Positions 51,420 through 63,467 of a stretch of DNA of 64,000 bases are shown piece by piece. The translations under genes were made by a program, and so were the position numbers. The stretch's first letter is position 1, and each line of letters starts with the position of its first letter. The notes below the pieces were generated by a model that had not been told where the DNA came from, made no database searches, and saw only the letters and a program-made list of their open reading frames with translations. Source of the stretch: Mobula hypostoma (Eukaryota). The stretch covers positions 27,778,001 through 27,842,000 of the forward strand of contig NC_086097.1 of assembly GCF_963921235.1 (NCBI RefSeq). Reading direction: 5' to 3'.

Positions 51420-54400
51420 ATAATGACCTTGGTGACCTACAGTTTATTAGGGAAAGTGAGCAGGACATAGATAGGAGATATAGGAAGTTAATCACCCTGA
51501 AGCTGCAGGAGTTAGATAAGTGGGTGACTGTCAGAGAAGGGAAGTAGAGAGCACCCAGGTGGCCGTCCCCCTCAGTAATCGTTATCTCATTTTAGATGCT
51601 GTTGAGCAGGGTGACCTGCCAGAGGATGACCACGGCAATCAGGTCTCTGACACTGAGTCTGATTCCGTGGTGCAAGAGAAAGAGATAATGATGAGGAATG
51701 CGGTAGTCATCGGGGATTCCATGGTGAAGGGAACAGGCAGGAGGTTCCGTCAGCCTGATAATCATAACTGCATGGTGTGTTGCCTCCCAAGTACCAGGGT
51801 ATGGGATGTCTTGGATCAGGTTCAGAGTATTCTGAAGGAAGAGGGTGAACACCCATAAGTCTTGGTAAATGTTGGTAGATAGAAAAAGGGAGGAGATCCT
51901 GAAGAGAGAATTCTGGAAGTTGGAAAGGAAGCTGAAAAGCAGGATCTCCAGGGTAGTAATCACAGGATTGCTGCCTGTGCCACATGCTAACGAGTGCAAG
52001 AATAACATGATCAGGCATATTAATGCGTGGCTGATAAGTAGAGTAGGGGGCAGGGCTTTGGGTTCCTGGATCACTGGGGCCTCTTCTGGGGAGGTACGAC
52101 CTGTACAAAAAGGACGGGTTACACCTGAACCCAAAGGAGTCCAATATCCTAGTAGGCAGGTTCAACAGAGCTGTTCGGGAGGGTTTAAACTAATTTGGCA
52201 GGGGGATGGGAACCGGAGTGATAGGGCTGAGGAAGGGGAAAACAGAAATAAATCAAAGATAGCGTGCAACAGTGATGATAGAAAGGACAGGCAGATGAGG
52301 CCAGTGGGATGAGTTACAGGGCAATAGAGGTGTGGTGCAGTTAAAACAAACCAAAAAATACTGGACTGAAAGGGTTATATTTGAAAGCAGACAGCATTAG
52401 AAATAAAACAGACGATCTTGAAATTCAGCTACAGATTGGCAAGTATGATGTTGTGGCCATCTCCGAAACTTGGCTAAAGGATGGCTGCCATTGGGAGCTG
52501 AACTTCTAAGGATAAACGGTGTATCCGAAAGATAGGTTAGTTGGCAGAGGGGGTGGTGTGGCCCTGTGTATAAGAAATAATATTAACTCATTAGAAAGGG
52601 ATGACATAGGATCGAAAGGTGTAGAGTCTCTATGGGTTGGGTTTGAGAAATGGCAAGAATACAGGCCTCCAAATAGCAGCCAGGATGTGGATTACAAATT
52701 ACAGCAGGAGATAGAAAAGCCGTGTCAGAAGGACAATGTCATGATAATCGTTGGAGATTTTAACATGAAAGTGGATTGGGAAAACCAGGTCAGTACTGGA
52801 CCTCAAGAGAGAGAATTTGTAGAATTTCTAAGGGATAGCTTTTTAGAACAGCTTGTTGTTGAGCTCACCAGGGGATCAGCTGTGCTGGATTGGGTGTTGT
52901 GCAATGATCTGGAGGTGATAAGCGAGCTTAAGGTTAAGGAACCCTCAGGGAACAGTGATCACAATACGATCGAGTTCAGTTTGAAATTTGAGAAGGAGAA
53001 ACTAAATTCCAGTGTGTTGGTATTTCAGAGGAATAAAGGAAATTACAATGGCATGAGAGGGGAAATGGCCAAAGTTGACTGGAAAGGGACAATAGTGGAA
53101 AGGACAGCAGAGTAGCAATGGCTGGAGTTTCTGCGAAAAATTAGGGAAGTGCAAGACAGATATATTCCAAATAAGAAGAAATTTTTGAATGGAAGAGGAA
53201 CACTACCGTGGATGACAAGTGAAGTCAGAGCCAAAGTAAAAGCAAAAGAGAGGGCATACAAAGAAGCCAAAGATAGTGGGAAGATAGAGGATTGGGAAGC
53301 TTTTAAAAACTTGCAGAAGGAAACTAAGAAGGTCATTAAGAAGGGAAAAATGAAGTATGAAAGGAAGATGGTGACTAATTTCGAAGAAGATACTGAAAGC
53401 TTTTTTAAGTATATAAAGAGTCAAAAAGAGTTGACAGTAGATATAGCACTAACAGAAAATGGCACTGGAGATATTGTAATGAGAGACGTAGAGATAGCAG
53501 AGGAACTGAATGCGTATTTTGCATCAGTCTTCACAGTGGAAGACATCTGCAATATACCGGACATTCAAGAGTGTCAGGGAAGTGAAGTATGTGCAGTGAA
53601 AATTACGACTGAGAAGGTGCACAGGAAGCTTAATGGTCTGAGGGTGGATAAATCTCCTGGACCTGATGGAATGCACCCTCGGGTTCTGAAGGAACTAGCT
53701 GGAGAGATTGCAGAGGCATTAACAATGATCTTTCAAGAATCAATAGATTCTGGCAGTGCACTGGATGACTGGAAAATTGCAAATGTTACTCTACTATTTA
53801 ATAAGGGTGGGAGGCAGCAAAAAGGAAACTATAGACCTGTTAGTCTGACATCAGTGGTTGGGAAGCTGTTGGAATCGATTGTTAGGGATGAGATTGTGGA
53901 GTACCTGGAGGCACATGACAAGGTATACCAAAGCCAGCATGGTTTCCTGAATGGAAAATCCTGCCTGATTAATCAACTACAATTTTTTGAGGAAATTACA
54001 AGCCTGGTAGACAAAGGAGATGCAGTGGATGTGGTGCACTTGGATTTTCAGGCCTTTGACAAGGTGCTGCACATGATGCTGCTTAGCAAGGTGAGAGTCC
54101 ATGGAATTACAGGGAAGTTATTAGCATGGGTGGAGCATTGGCTGATCGAAGAAAACAGAGAGTGGGAATAAAGGGATCCTATTCTGGCTGGCTGCTGTTT
54201 ACCAGTGGAGTTGCACAGGGGTCGGTGTTGGAACCGCTGCTTTTTACGATGTATGTCAATGATTTGGGATTAATGGATTTGTGGCTAAATTTTTTGATGA
54301 TACAAAAATAGGTGGAGAAGCGTGTAGTGTTGAGGAAACAGAGAGTCTGCAGAGAGACTTAAATAGCTTAGGGGAATGGGCAAAAAAGTGGCAAATGAAA

Positions 54401-55202
54401 TTAAATGGTGAAAAGTGTATGGTCATGCACTTTGGTGGAAGAAATAAACGGGCAGACTATTATTGAGATGGGGAAAGAATTCAAAATGCAGAGATGCAAA
54501 GAGACTTGCGAATCCCTGTGCAGGATACCCTAAAGGTTAACCTCCGGGTTGAGTCTGTGGTGAAGAAGGTGAATGCAATGTTGGCGTTCATTTCTAGAGG
54601 TATAGAATACAAGAGCAGGGATGTGATGTTGAGGCTCTGTAAGGCACTCATGACACCACACTTAGGGTATCGTATGCAGTTTTGGGCTCATTATTTTAGA
54701 AAGGTTATAGTGACATTGGAAAGGGTTCAGAGAAGATTCATGAGAACAATTCCAGGAATGAAAGGGTTACCGTATGAGGAACATCTGGCAGCTCTTGGGC
54801 TGTATTCCCTGGAGTTCAGGAGAATGAGGAGGTATCTCATAGAAATATTCCAAATCAGATTAGATATGGCAAAGTTATTTCCCATGGTAGGGGAGTCTAG
54901 GACAAGAGGGCACGACTTCAGGATTGAAGGACGTCCATTTAGTAGTGAGCTGCAGAGAAATTACTTTAGTCACAGGGTGGTAAATCTATGGAATTTGTTG
55001 CCATGAGTGGCTGTGGAGGCCAAGTCATTGGGTACATTTAAGGCAGAGATTGATAGGTTTTTTTATTAGCCAGAGCATCAAAGGGTATGGGGAGAAGGCA
55101 GGGGATTGGGGATGACTAGAAGAATTGCATCAGCCCATGATTGAATGGCAGGGACTTGATGGGCTGAATGGCCTACTTCTGCTCCTATATCTTATGGTCT
55201 TA
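51420..55202 (+). mobile_element. Near full-length CR1 LINE, inactivated
   Basis: ORF1 VIGDS/CCLP remnants; APE 52519-53115; RT 53149-55006 in several frames; TCTTATGGTCTTAT tail. Confidence 0.92.
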
Positions 55203-56817
55203 TTATTGCCACACATACCAAGATGCAATGAAAAGCTTGTCTTGCATACAGTTTATACACAGTGCATTGTGTAAAAGCTACCAAAAGACTGCAGTGCAGG
55301 TAAACAATAAACTGCAAGATCATAGTGAGGCAGACTACGGCCAAAAGGTCTATTCAACAGTGGGATAGAAGCTGTCCTTCAGTCTGGTGGTTTGTGTTTT
55401 TAGACGATTGCATCTTCTACCTGATGGAAGGGAGAAGAGAAAGTGTTTAGGGTGGCTGGGGTCTTTGATTTTGCTGGCTACTTAGAAGTATAGACAGAGT
55501 CCATGGATGGGAGGCTAGTTCATGTGATATGTTGAAGTGTGTCCACAACTCTCTGTAGTTTCTTGTGGTCACAAGTAGAGTGGTTGCCATACTAAGGCGT
55601 TATGCATTCAAGCAGAATGCTTTCAATGGTGCATCAATGAAAATTGTTTAAGAGTCAACGGAGTCATGTTGAATTTCTTTGCTCTCCTAAGGAAGTAGAG
55701 GCATTGCTGAGCTTTCTTGGCCTTGACCAGGACAGATAGTAGGTGATATTCATACCTAGGAAGTCCCAACCTGCTCAGCCTCTCGACATCTCAGTCCCTG
55801 AAGTCCTGGCAGCATCCTGTAGCTTCAAGTTACTGTACATTAACATCTCAGAAGATTTTTCCTGGGCCTAACACATTGATGCAATCATGAAGGCCCACAC
55901 CAGCAGTTATCCTTTTTTAAGAGATTGAGCAAATTTTGCATGTCACCAAAGACTTGCAAATTTCTAATGTATGCTGGAGAGCACTCTGACTGGTTGCATC
56001 ACAGCCTGGTCCAATGCCCTATATCACAAGAGGTTGCACAGCCAGCTCCACCAAAGGCACAACCTTCCCCTCCACTGAGAACACCTTTACAAAGTGGTTC
56101 CTCAAAAAGGCAGCATTCATCACTGATATCCCTCACTGTCCATGTCATAGAAACATAGAAAAACATAGAAACATAGAAAATCTACAGCACAATACAGGCC
56201 CTTCAGCCCACAAAGGTGTGCCGAACATGTTCCTACCTTAGAAATTACTAGGGTTACCCATAGCCCTCTATTTTGCTAACCTCCATGTACCTATCCAAAA
56301 GTCTCTTAAAAGACCCTATCGTTTCCGCCTCCACCACCATTGCTGGCAGCCCATTCCACGCACTCACCACTCTCTGTGTAAAAAAAAAAATTACTCCTGA
56401 CATCTCCTCTGTACCTACTCCCCAGCACCTTAAACCTGTGTCCTCTTGTGGCAACTATTTCAACCCTGGGAAAAAGCCTCTGACTATCCACACGATCAAT
56501 GCCTCTCATTATTTTATACACCTCCATCAGGTCACCTCTCATCCTCCGTCACTCCAAGGAGAAAAGGCTGAGTTCACTCAACCTGTTTTCATAAGATATG
56601 TTCCCCAATCCAGGCAACATCCTTGTAAATCTCCTCTGCACCCTTTCTGTGGTTTCCACGTCCTTCCTGTAGTGAGGCGACCAGAAATGAGCACAGTACT
56701 CCAAGTGGGGTCTGACCAGGGTCTTATATAGCTGCAACATTACCTCTTGGCTCCTAAATTCAATTCCACAATTGATGAAGGCCAATACACCGTATGCCTC
56801 CTTAACCACAGAGTCAA

Positions 56818-57750
56818 CCTCTGATCTGGGCCGACATTTACGTGCCAGGTGGCACCTAATTAATTACGTAAACACGAGGAATTCTGCAGATGCTGGAAAT
56901 TCGAGCAACACACATCAAAGTTGCTGGTGAACACAGCAGGCCGGGCAGCATCTCTAAGAAGAGATACAGTCAACATTTCGGGCCTGACAAAGGGTCTCGG
57001 CCTGAAACGTCGACTGTACCTCTTCCTAGAGATGCTGCCTGGCCTGCTGTGTTCACCAGCAACTTTGATGTGTGTTATCTAATTAAATAGCTTGTTTATT
57101 TTGGCTTTTTTCTTAAAGATGTGCTGGGTGTGTCCCAGCTACTGCTGTACCCCTGCATGCTTCACGGATCGGTATCGGTTCACTGCCCGGGGGGGTGGGG
57201 GCCACTGCACCACCCCAACCTCTGACGACTCAGCCTAAAATACCATCATCAGTGTGCTCGATGTCATCCCGATTCCCGTAAGTGATACTACACTATACAT
57301 ACATTATTTCTACTTTATATCGGCTGTGTATTTTTATACTTTATTTGGTATGATTTGGCAGCTTCACAGCTTAAAGGTTACTGGAGAGAGTGTTTTTGCC
57401 AAGAGCGCTTGCGTGAGATTTTCTGCCCAGAGCGCTTGCGCCACGTTTTGCCAAGAGCACTTGCGTGAGATTTTCGCTACGGAGAACAGTACAGGTAAGG
57501 ATTGTAGAGAAGTATTTCTACTTTATATAGGCTGCGTATTTATCATATCATTCCTGCTTTTACTATATGTTACTGTTATTTTAGGTTTTATGTGTTATTT
57601 GGCATGATTTAGTAAGTTATTTTTGGGTCTGCAAACACTCACAACTTTTTCCCATATAAATAAATGGTAATTGCTTCTTCGCTTTACAACATTCCAGCTT
57701 ATGAACCATTTCAAAGGATCGCTCTACCGTCGGTTGGCGGGGGAAAGCTG
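56818..57750 (+). mobile_element. Right half of the Tigger derivative (homologous to ~49686-50375)
   Basis: Starts CCTCTGATCTGGGCCGACATTTACG and ends GGCGGGGGAAAGCTG|TA. Confidence 0.88.
56867..57078. mobile_element. Penelope-derived hairpin insertion with hammerhead-like core and ~11-bp TSD
   Basis: Inverted arms of ~75 bp; CTGACAAAGGGTCTCGGCCTGAAACGTCGACTG at 56984-57016; TSD CTAATTAA(T/A)TA at 56856-56866 and 57079-57089. Confidence 0.8.
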
Positions 57751-58413
57751 TATTCATTAAGTAGTTCTGCTATTTCCTCCGGTTCCATACACACTTCCAC
57801 ACTTGATAGGTCCTATTCTTTCACGTCTCATCCTCTTGCTCTTCACATACTTGTAGAATGCCTTGGGGTTTTCCTTAATCCTGCCCAAGGCTTTCTCATG
57901 GCCCCTTCTGGCTCTCCTAATTTCCTTCTTAAGCTCCTTCCTGTTAGCCTTATAATCTTCTAAATCTCTAACATTACCTAGCTCTCTGAACCTTTTGTAA
58001 GCTTTTCTTTTTTTCTTGACTAGATTTACTACAGCCTTTGTACACCACGGTTCCTGTACCCTACCATAACTTCCCTGTCTCATTGGAACGTACCTATGCA
58101 GAACTCCACACAAATATTCCCTGAACATTTGCCACATTTCTTCCATACCTTTCCCTGAGAACATCTGTTCCCAATTTAAGCTTCCAAGTTTCTGCCTGAT
58201 TGCCTCATAATTCCCCTTACTCCAATTAAATGCTTTCCTAATTTGTCTGTTCCTATCTCTCTCCAATGCTATTGTAAAGGAGATAAAATTATGATCACTA
58301 TCTCCAAAATGCTCTCCCACTGAGAGTTCTGACACCTGACCAGGTTCATTTCCCAATACCAAATCAAGTACAGTCTCTCCTCTTGTAGGCTGATCTATGT
58401 ATTGTGTCAAGAA

Positions 58414-59056
58414 TGTGGACATGATGGAGGATTACAAATACCTGGGGATACGAATTGACAATAAACTGGACTGGTCAAAGAACACTGAGGCTGTCTACAA
58501 GAAGGGTCAGCGCCATCTCTATTTCCTGAGGAGACAGGTCTTTTAACATCTGCCGGACAATGCTGAGGATGTTCTACGAGTCTGTGGTGGCCAGTGCTAT
58601 CATGTTTGCTGTTGTGTGCTGGGGCAGCAGGCTGAGGGTAGCAGACACCAACAGGATCAACAAACTCATTCGTAAGGCCAGTGATGTTGTGGGGATGGAA
58701 CTGGACTCTCTCACGGTGGTGAGTGAAAAGAGGATGCTGTCCAAGTTGCATGCCATCTTGGACAATGTCTCCCATCCACTACATAATGTACTGATTGAGC
58801 ACAGGAGTACATTCAGCCAGAGACTCATTCCACCGAGATGTAACACAGAGCATCATAGGAAGTCATTCCTGCCTGTGGCTGTCAAACTTTACAACTCCTC
58901 CCTTGGAGGGTCAGACACCCTGAGCCAATAGGCTGGTCCTGGACTTATTTCCTGGCATAATTTACATATTACTATTTAATTATTTATGGTGCAACTGTAA
59001 CAAAAACCGAGTTCCCCCGGGATCAATAAAGTATGACTATGACTATGACTATGACT
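58414..59056 (+). mobile_element. 5'-truncated Rex1/Babar LINE with (TATGAC)n tail and 5-bp TSD AAGAA
   Basis: YKYLGIRIDNKLDW..MFYESVVASAIMFAVVCWG..HPLH..RKSFLPVAVKLYN; AAGAA at 58409-58413 and 59057-59061. Confidence 0.9.
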
Positions 59057-62000
59057 AAGAAACCTTCCGGAACACACCTAACAAATTCCATGACATCTAA
59101 ACCCCTTGCTCTAGGGAGATGCCAATCGGTATCTGGGAAATCAAAATCTCCCACCCCGACAACTATGTTTCCCTATCTGCTCCTCGATATCCCTGTTACT
59201 ATTGGGCAGCCTATAAAAAACACCCAGTAGAGTTATTGACCCCTTCCTGTTCCTAATCTCCACCCAGAGACTCCATAGACAATTGCTCCATGACATCCAC
59301 CTTTTCTGCAGCCATCATACTATCTCTGATTAACAGTGCTACACATCCACTTCTTTTGCCTCCCTCCCTGTCCTTTCTGAAACACCTAAAACTCGGCACT
59401 TGAAGTAACCATTCCTGTCCCTGAGCCATCCAAATCTCTGTAATGGCCACCACATCATAGCTCCAAGTATTGATCCACGCTCTAAGCTCATCCACTTAGT
59501 TCACAATACTCCTTGCGTTAAAATAGACACATGTCAAACCATCAGTCCCTTCTCTATCACCTGCTTATCCTCCCTCACACACTGTCTCCAAGCTTTCTCT
59601 ATTTGTGAGCCAACTGCCTCTTCCCCAGTCTCTTCAGTTCCGTTCCCACCCCCCATCAATTCTAGTTCAAACTCTCCCCAGTAGCCTTAGCAAACTTCCC
59701 CGCCAGGATACTGGTCCCCCTGGGATTCAAGTGCAACCCGTCCTTTTTGTACAGGTCACACCTGCCCCAAAAGAGGTCCCAATGATCCAGAAATCTGAAT
59801 CCCTGCCCCCTGCTCCAATCCCTCAGCTACGCATTTATCCTCCACCTCATTCTATTCCTATACTCACTGTCACGTGGCACAGGCAGTAACCCCGAGATTA
59901 CTACCTTTGCGGTCACGCTTCTCAACTTCCTTTCTAACTCTCTGTAGTCTCCTTTTAGGACCTCTTCCCTTTTCCTACCTATGTCATTGGTACCAATATG
60001 TACCACGACCTCTGGCTGTTCTCCCTCCCACTGCAGGATATCGTGGATGCGATCTGAAACATCCCGGACCCTGGCACCTGGGAGGCAAACTACTATCTGA
60101 GTTTCTTTCTTGCATCCACAGAATTGCCTGTCTGACCCCCTAACTATAGAGTCCCCTATCACTACTGCCTCTCTCTTCCTTTTCCTACCCTTCTGAGCCA
60201 CATGGCCAGACTCTGTGCCAGAGACACGGCCACTGTTGCTTCCCCCAGGTAGGCTGTCCCTGCCCAACAGTACTCAAACAGGAGTACTTATTGTTCAGGG
60301 GGACAGCCACAGGGCTACTCTCTAGTACCTGACTCTTCCCCTTCTCTCTCCTGACTGTTACCCACTTGTCTGTCTCCCATGGCCCCGGTGTGACCGCCTG
60401 CCTATAACTCCTTTCTATCACCTCCCCGCTCTCCCTGACCAGGTGAAGGTCATCGAGCTGCAACTCCAGTTCCCCAACGCGGTCCCTTAGGAGCTGCAGC
60501 TCGACACACCGGGTGCAGATATGGCCGTCCGGGAGGCTGGGAGACTCCAGGACCTCTCACATCTGACACCGAGCATAGAACACTGGCCTCACACACATAC
60601 TTCCTTCCCCCAATTAACACAGGTAAACCTACCTTGCCTCGTCCCGTTACTGCCTAAGCCCGCTGAGTCAAAGCCCTACCACTCTGCTACCCTCTCACTC
60701 CCATGCCTGCTGGATATGGCGGTCTTCTTTTTAAACTTTTCCTGCTCTACTGGCTGACGTCACCCGCCTGCACAGTCTTGCTTCTCTTTACCCCGAGTAG
60801 TAAAATGCCTTTGCTCCAGAAATCCTTAGCCATTCCACTCGCAGCTTTCTTGCTTCAAATCTAAAACCGCTGAAGATTCCTTGTCTTTTTAAGCCTTTCC
60901 AGCTCTACTGGCTGACGTCACGCACCTGCACAGTTTTGCCTCTTCCCATTACTACTAGAAAATTTTGTTTGGTACAAAACAATACCAGTTGTTTTATTTC
61001 TTCAGATAGGGCTCACAGTAAAAATACAGACAGGTTGTACAAAGTTAGATGCACAATTCAATATAGGTTAGAAGCTCAGTACAACATTGTGAGCCAAATG
61101 GCCTGTAGCGTTCATGCTGTTTATACAGCTTCTGCATAGTTTTCATTAATTCTATCGTATTGCTTTATTTTCCTGTAAACACCTGCAAGACAATGTCTCA
61201 AGTTAATATATGCTGAGAAATACATAATTTGAGAATAAATTTACTTTGATGTCTCTGTAATTCGACCATGCTCAGTCAGGTTTATAAGTATTTTTTAAGC
61301 ACTCAGCATTTACAGACCCAAAAGCAAATTTATTTTTAAAGTATGTGCTCTTTCTTCACTGCTCCCTTCTAGAAAGAATGCTTCACCAAGGAAGGGCAGG
61401 GGCATTTAATCCCTGGGATTAAAGTCAGCATGGGACCTGCTGACTTTATCCAGAAGGTAGCACGTAGAGCTCAGTGTCAGCAGTGACTGACGGAGCAAGG
61501 GAAATGGAACAGGACAGTAAAAAGCAGTAATGTAATTGAACACTGACAAATGAGGACCAGCTACTTCACCCTCTGACCCACTAACCTTGTGTTATTATTG
61601 TCACAATACCTTTTGAGCGAATCGTCAGGAGCTGCTCAATTTAACATCAGCAATTTTATGTTCAATGCAATATTAGAAATTAACACAGAAGCAAACTTCT
61701 GCTCATAGAACATAGCATAGTACAACACACACGTGGCCTTCAGCACACAATGTTTTGTCGACCATTTAACCTAACACAGAAGCAAAACCAGTTTTGATCT
61801 GTTAACTCTGCTTACGAAAAATTATGAGAGGTGTCAGCAGGGTAGACAGGGTCAGTTTATGTATCCAGGGTGGAAATATCAAATACGAGAGAGCTTAGGT
61901 TTTAGGTGAGAGGGGAAAGCTTAAAGGAGATGTACGATGCAAGTTTTCCTTCAGCACAGAAAGAGAAGTAGGTGCCTGGAACACACTGCCAGGGCAAGTG

Positions 62001-62272
62001 GTGGAATCATTAAAGAGGTATTTAGACAGGCAAAGAAGACCATTTACAGTGAGATGAGATTGGCATCATGGTCAGCACAGACAGGCTGGGCCAAAAGGCC
62101 TGTTCCTGGGCTGTATTGTTCTATGTTCCTCACTTTACAAATGCTGCCTAGCCTGTTGAGTATTCCCAACATTCTCTGTCTTAAGAGAGGAACCTACCTC
62201 TAAAAGCAGGTAGGGAGTAATGAAGAGGGAGGACAATGATGCAAATGGTCAGGAGGGGAAAACTGGTAACTA

Positions 62273-62476
<204 letters not shown>

Positions 62477-62499
62477 TCAAGTTTAAATCTTAAAAAGCA

Positions 62500-63040
62500 T
62501 AGAAAATAGAAGACATAGAAAACATAGAGCACAATACAGGCCCTTCGGCCCACAAAGCTGTGCCAAACATGTTCCTGCCTTAGAACTGCCTAGGCTTTAC
62601 CCATAACCCTCTATTTTTCTAAGCTGCATGTACCCATCCAGGAGTCTCTTAAAAGACCCTATTGTTTCTGCCTCCACCACCGCCGCCAGCAGCCCATTCC
62701 ACGCACTCATCACTCTTTGCTTAAAAAACTTACTCCTAACATCTCGCTGTACCTAGTTCCAAGCACCTTAAAACTGTGCCCTCTCGTGCCAGCTATTTCA
62801 GCCCTGGAGAAAAGCCTCTGACCATTCACACGATCAATGCCTCTCATTATCTTGTACGCCTCTATCATGTCACCACTCATTCTCCGCTGCTCCAAGGAGA
62901 AAAGGCTGAGTTCACTCAACCTATTCTCATAAGCCATGCTCCCTAATCCAGGCAATATCCTTGTAAATCTCCTCTGCACCCTTTCTATGATTTCCACGTC
63001 CTTCCTATACTGAGGCGACCAGAACTGAGCACAGTACTCC
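62500..63040 (-). mobile_element. CR1 3' fragment beside an RPS6KA5 exon
   Basis: EYCAQFWSPQYRKDVE..TRGHSFKV; (TTTCTATG)n tail at ~62500-62530. Confidence 0.88.
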
Positions 63041-63467
63041 ACTGTGGAGGCAGGAGTATTATTTTTACTGTGCTGAATAGGTTTAGATCCATGACAATAT
63101 TTGTAAGCAAATCACTATTTTTCTCTAAGTATGGGATGCTTAAACAACTGGCTTGTCTACAAATAAATGCAGGTAGACAATAAAGTGCAAGTTTTACAAC
63201 AAGGTACATTGTGAGGTCAGGAGACAGTCTTATCACAGTAGGGGAATCAAAATCAAGTTTAAGTATCACTGGCCTATGTCATGAAAATTGTTGTTTTGCA
63301 GCAGCAATACACTGCAATACATAATAAAAAACTATAAATTACAGTAAGTATACACATAAAAATTAAATTCAGATAAATATGATCAAAAAGTGAGGTAGTG
63401 TTTATGGATTCATTGTCCAATAATCATATAATAGGGGGATAGAAGTTATCCCTTGTGCCTAGTTGTA

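Larger units (their letters stand above)
56146..60940 (-). mobile_element. Originally full-length CR1 LINE (same subfamily as 9790-13630) with 5'UTR, nested insertions and an internal deletion
   Basis: ORF1 remnants at 59827-60463, APE at 59253-59495 and 57757-58422, RT C-terminus at 56254-56809, (TTTCTATG)n tail at 56146-56180. Confidence 0.9.
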
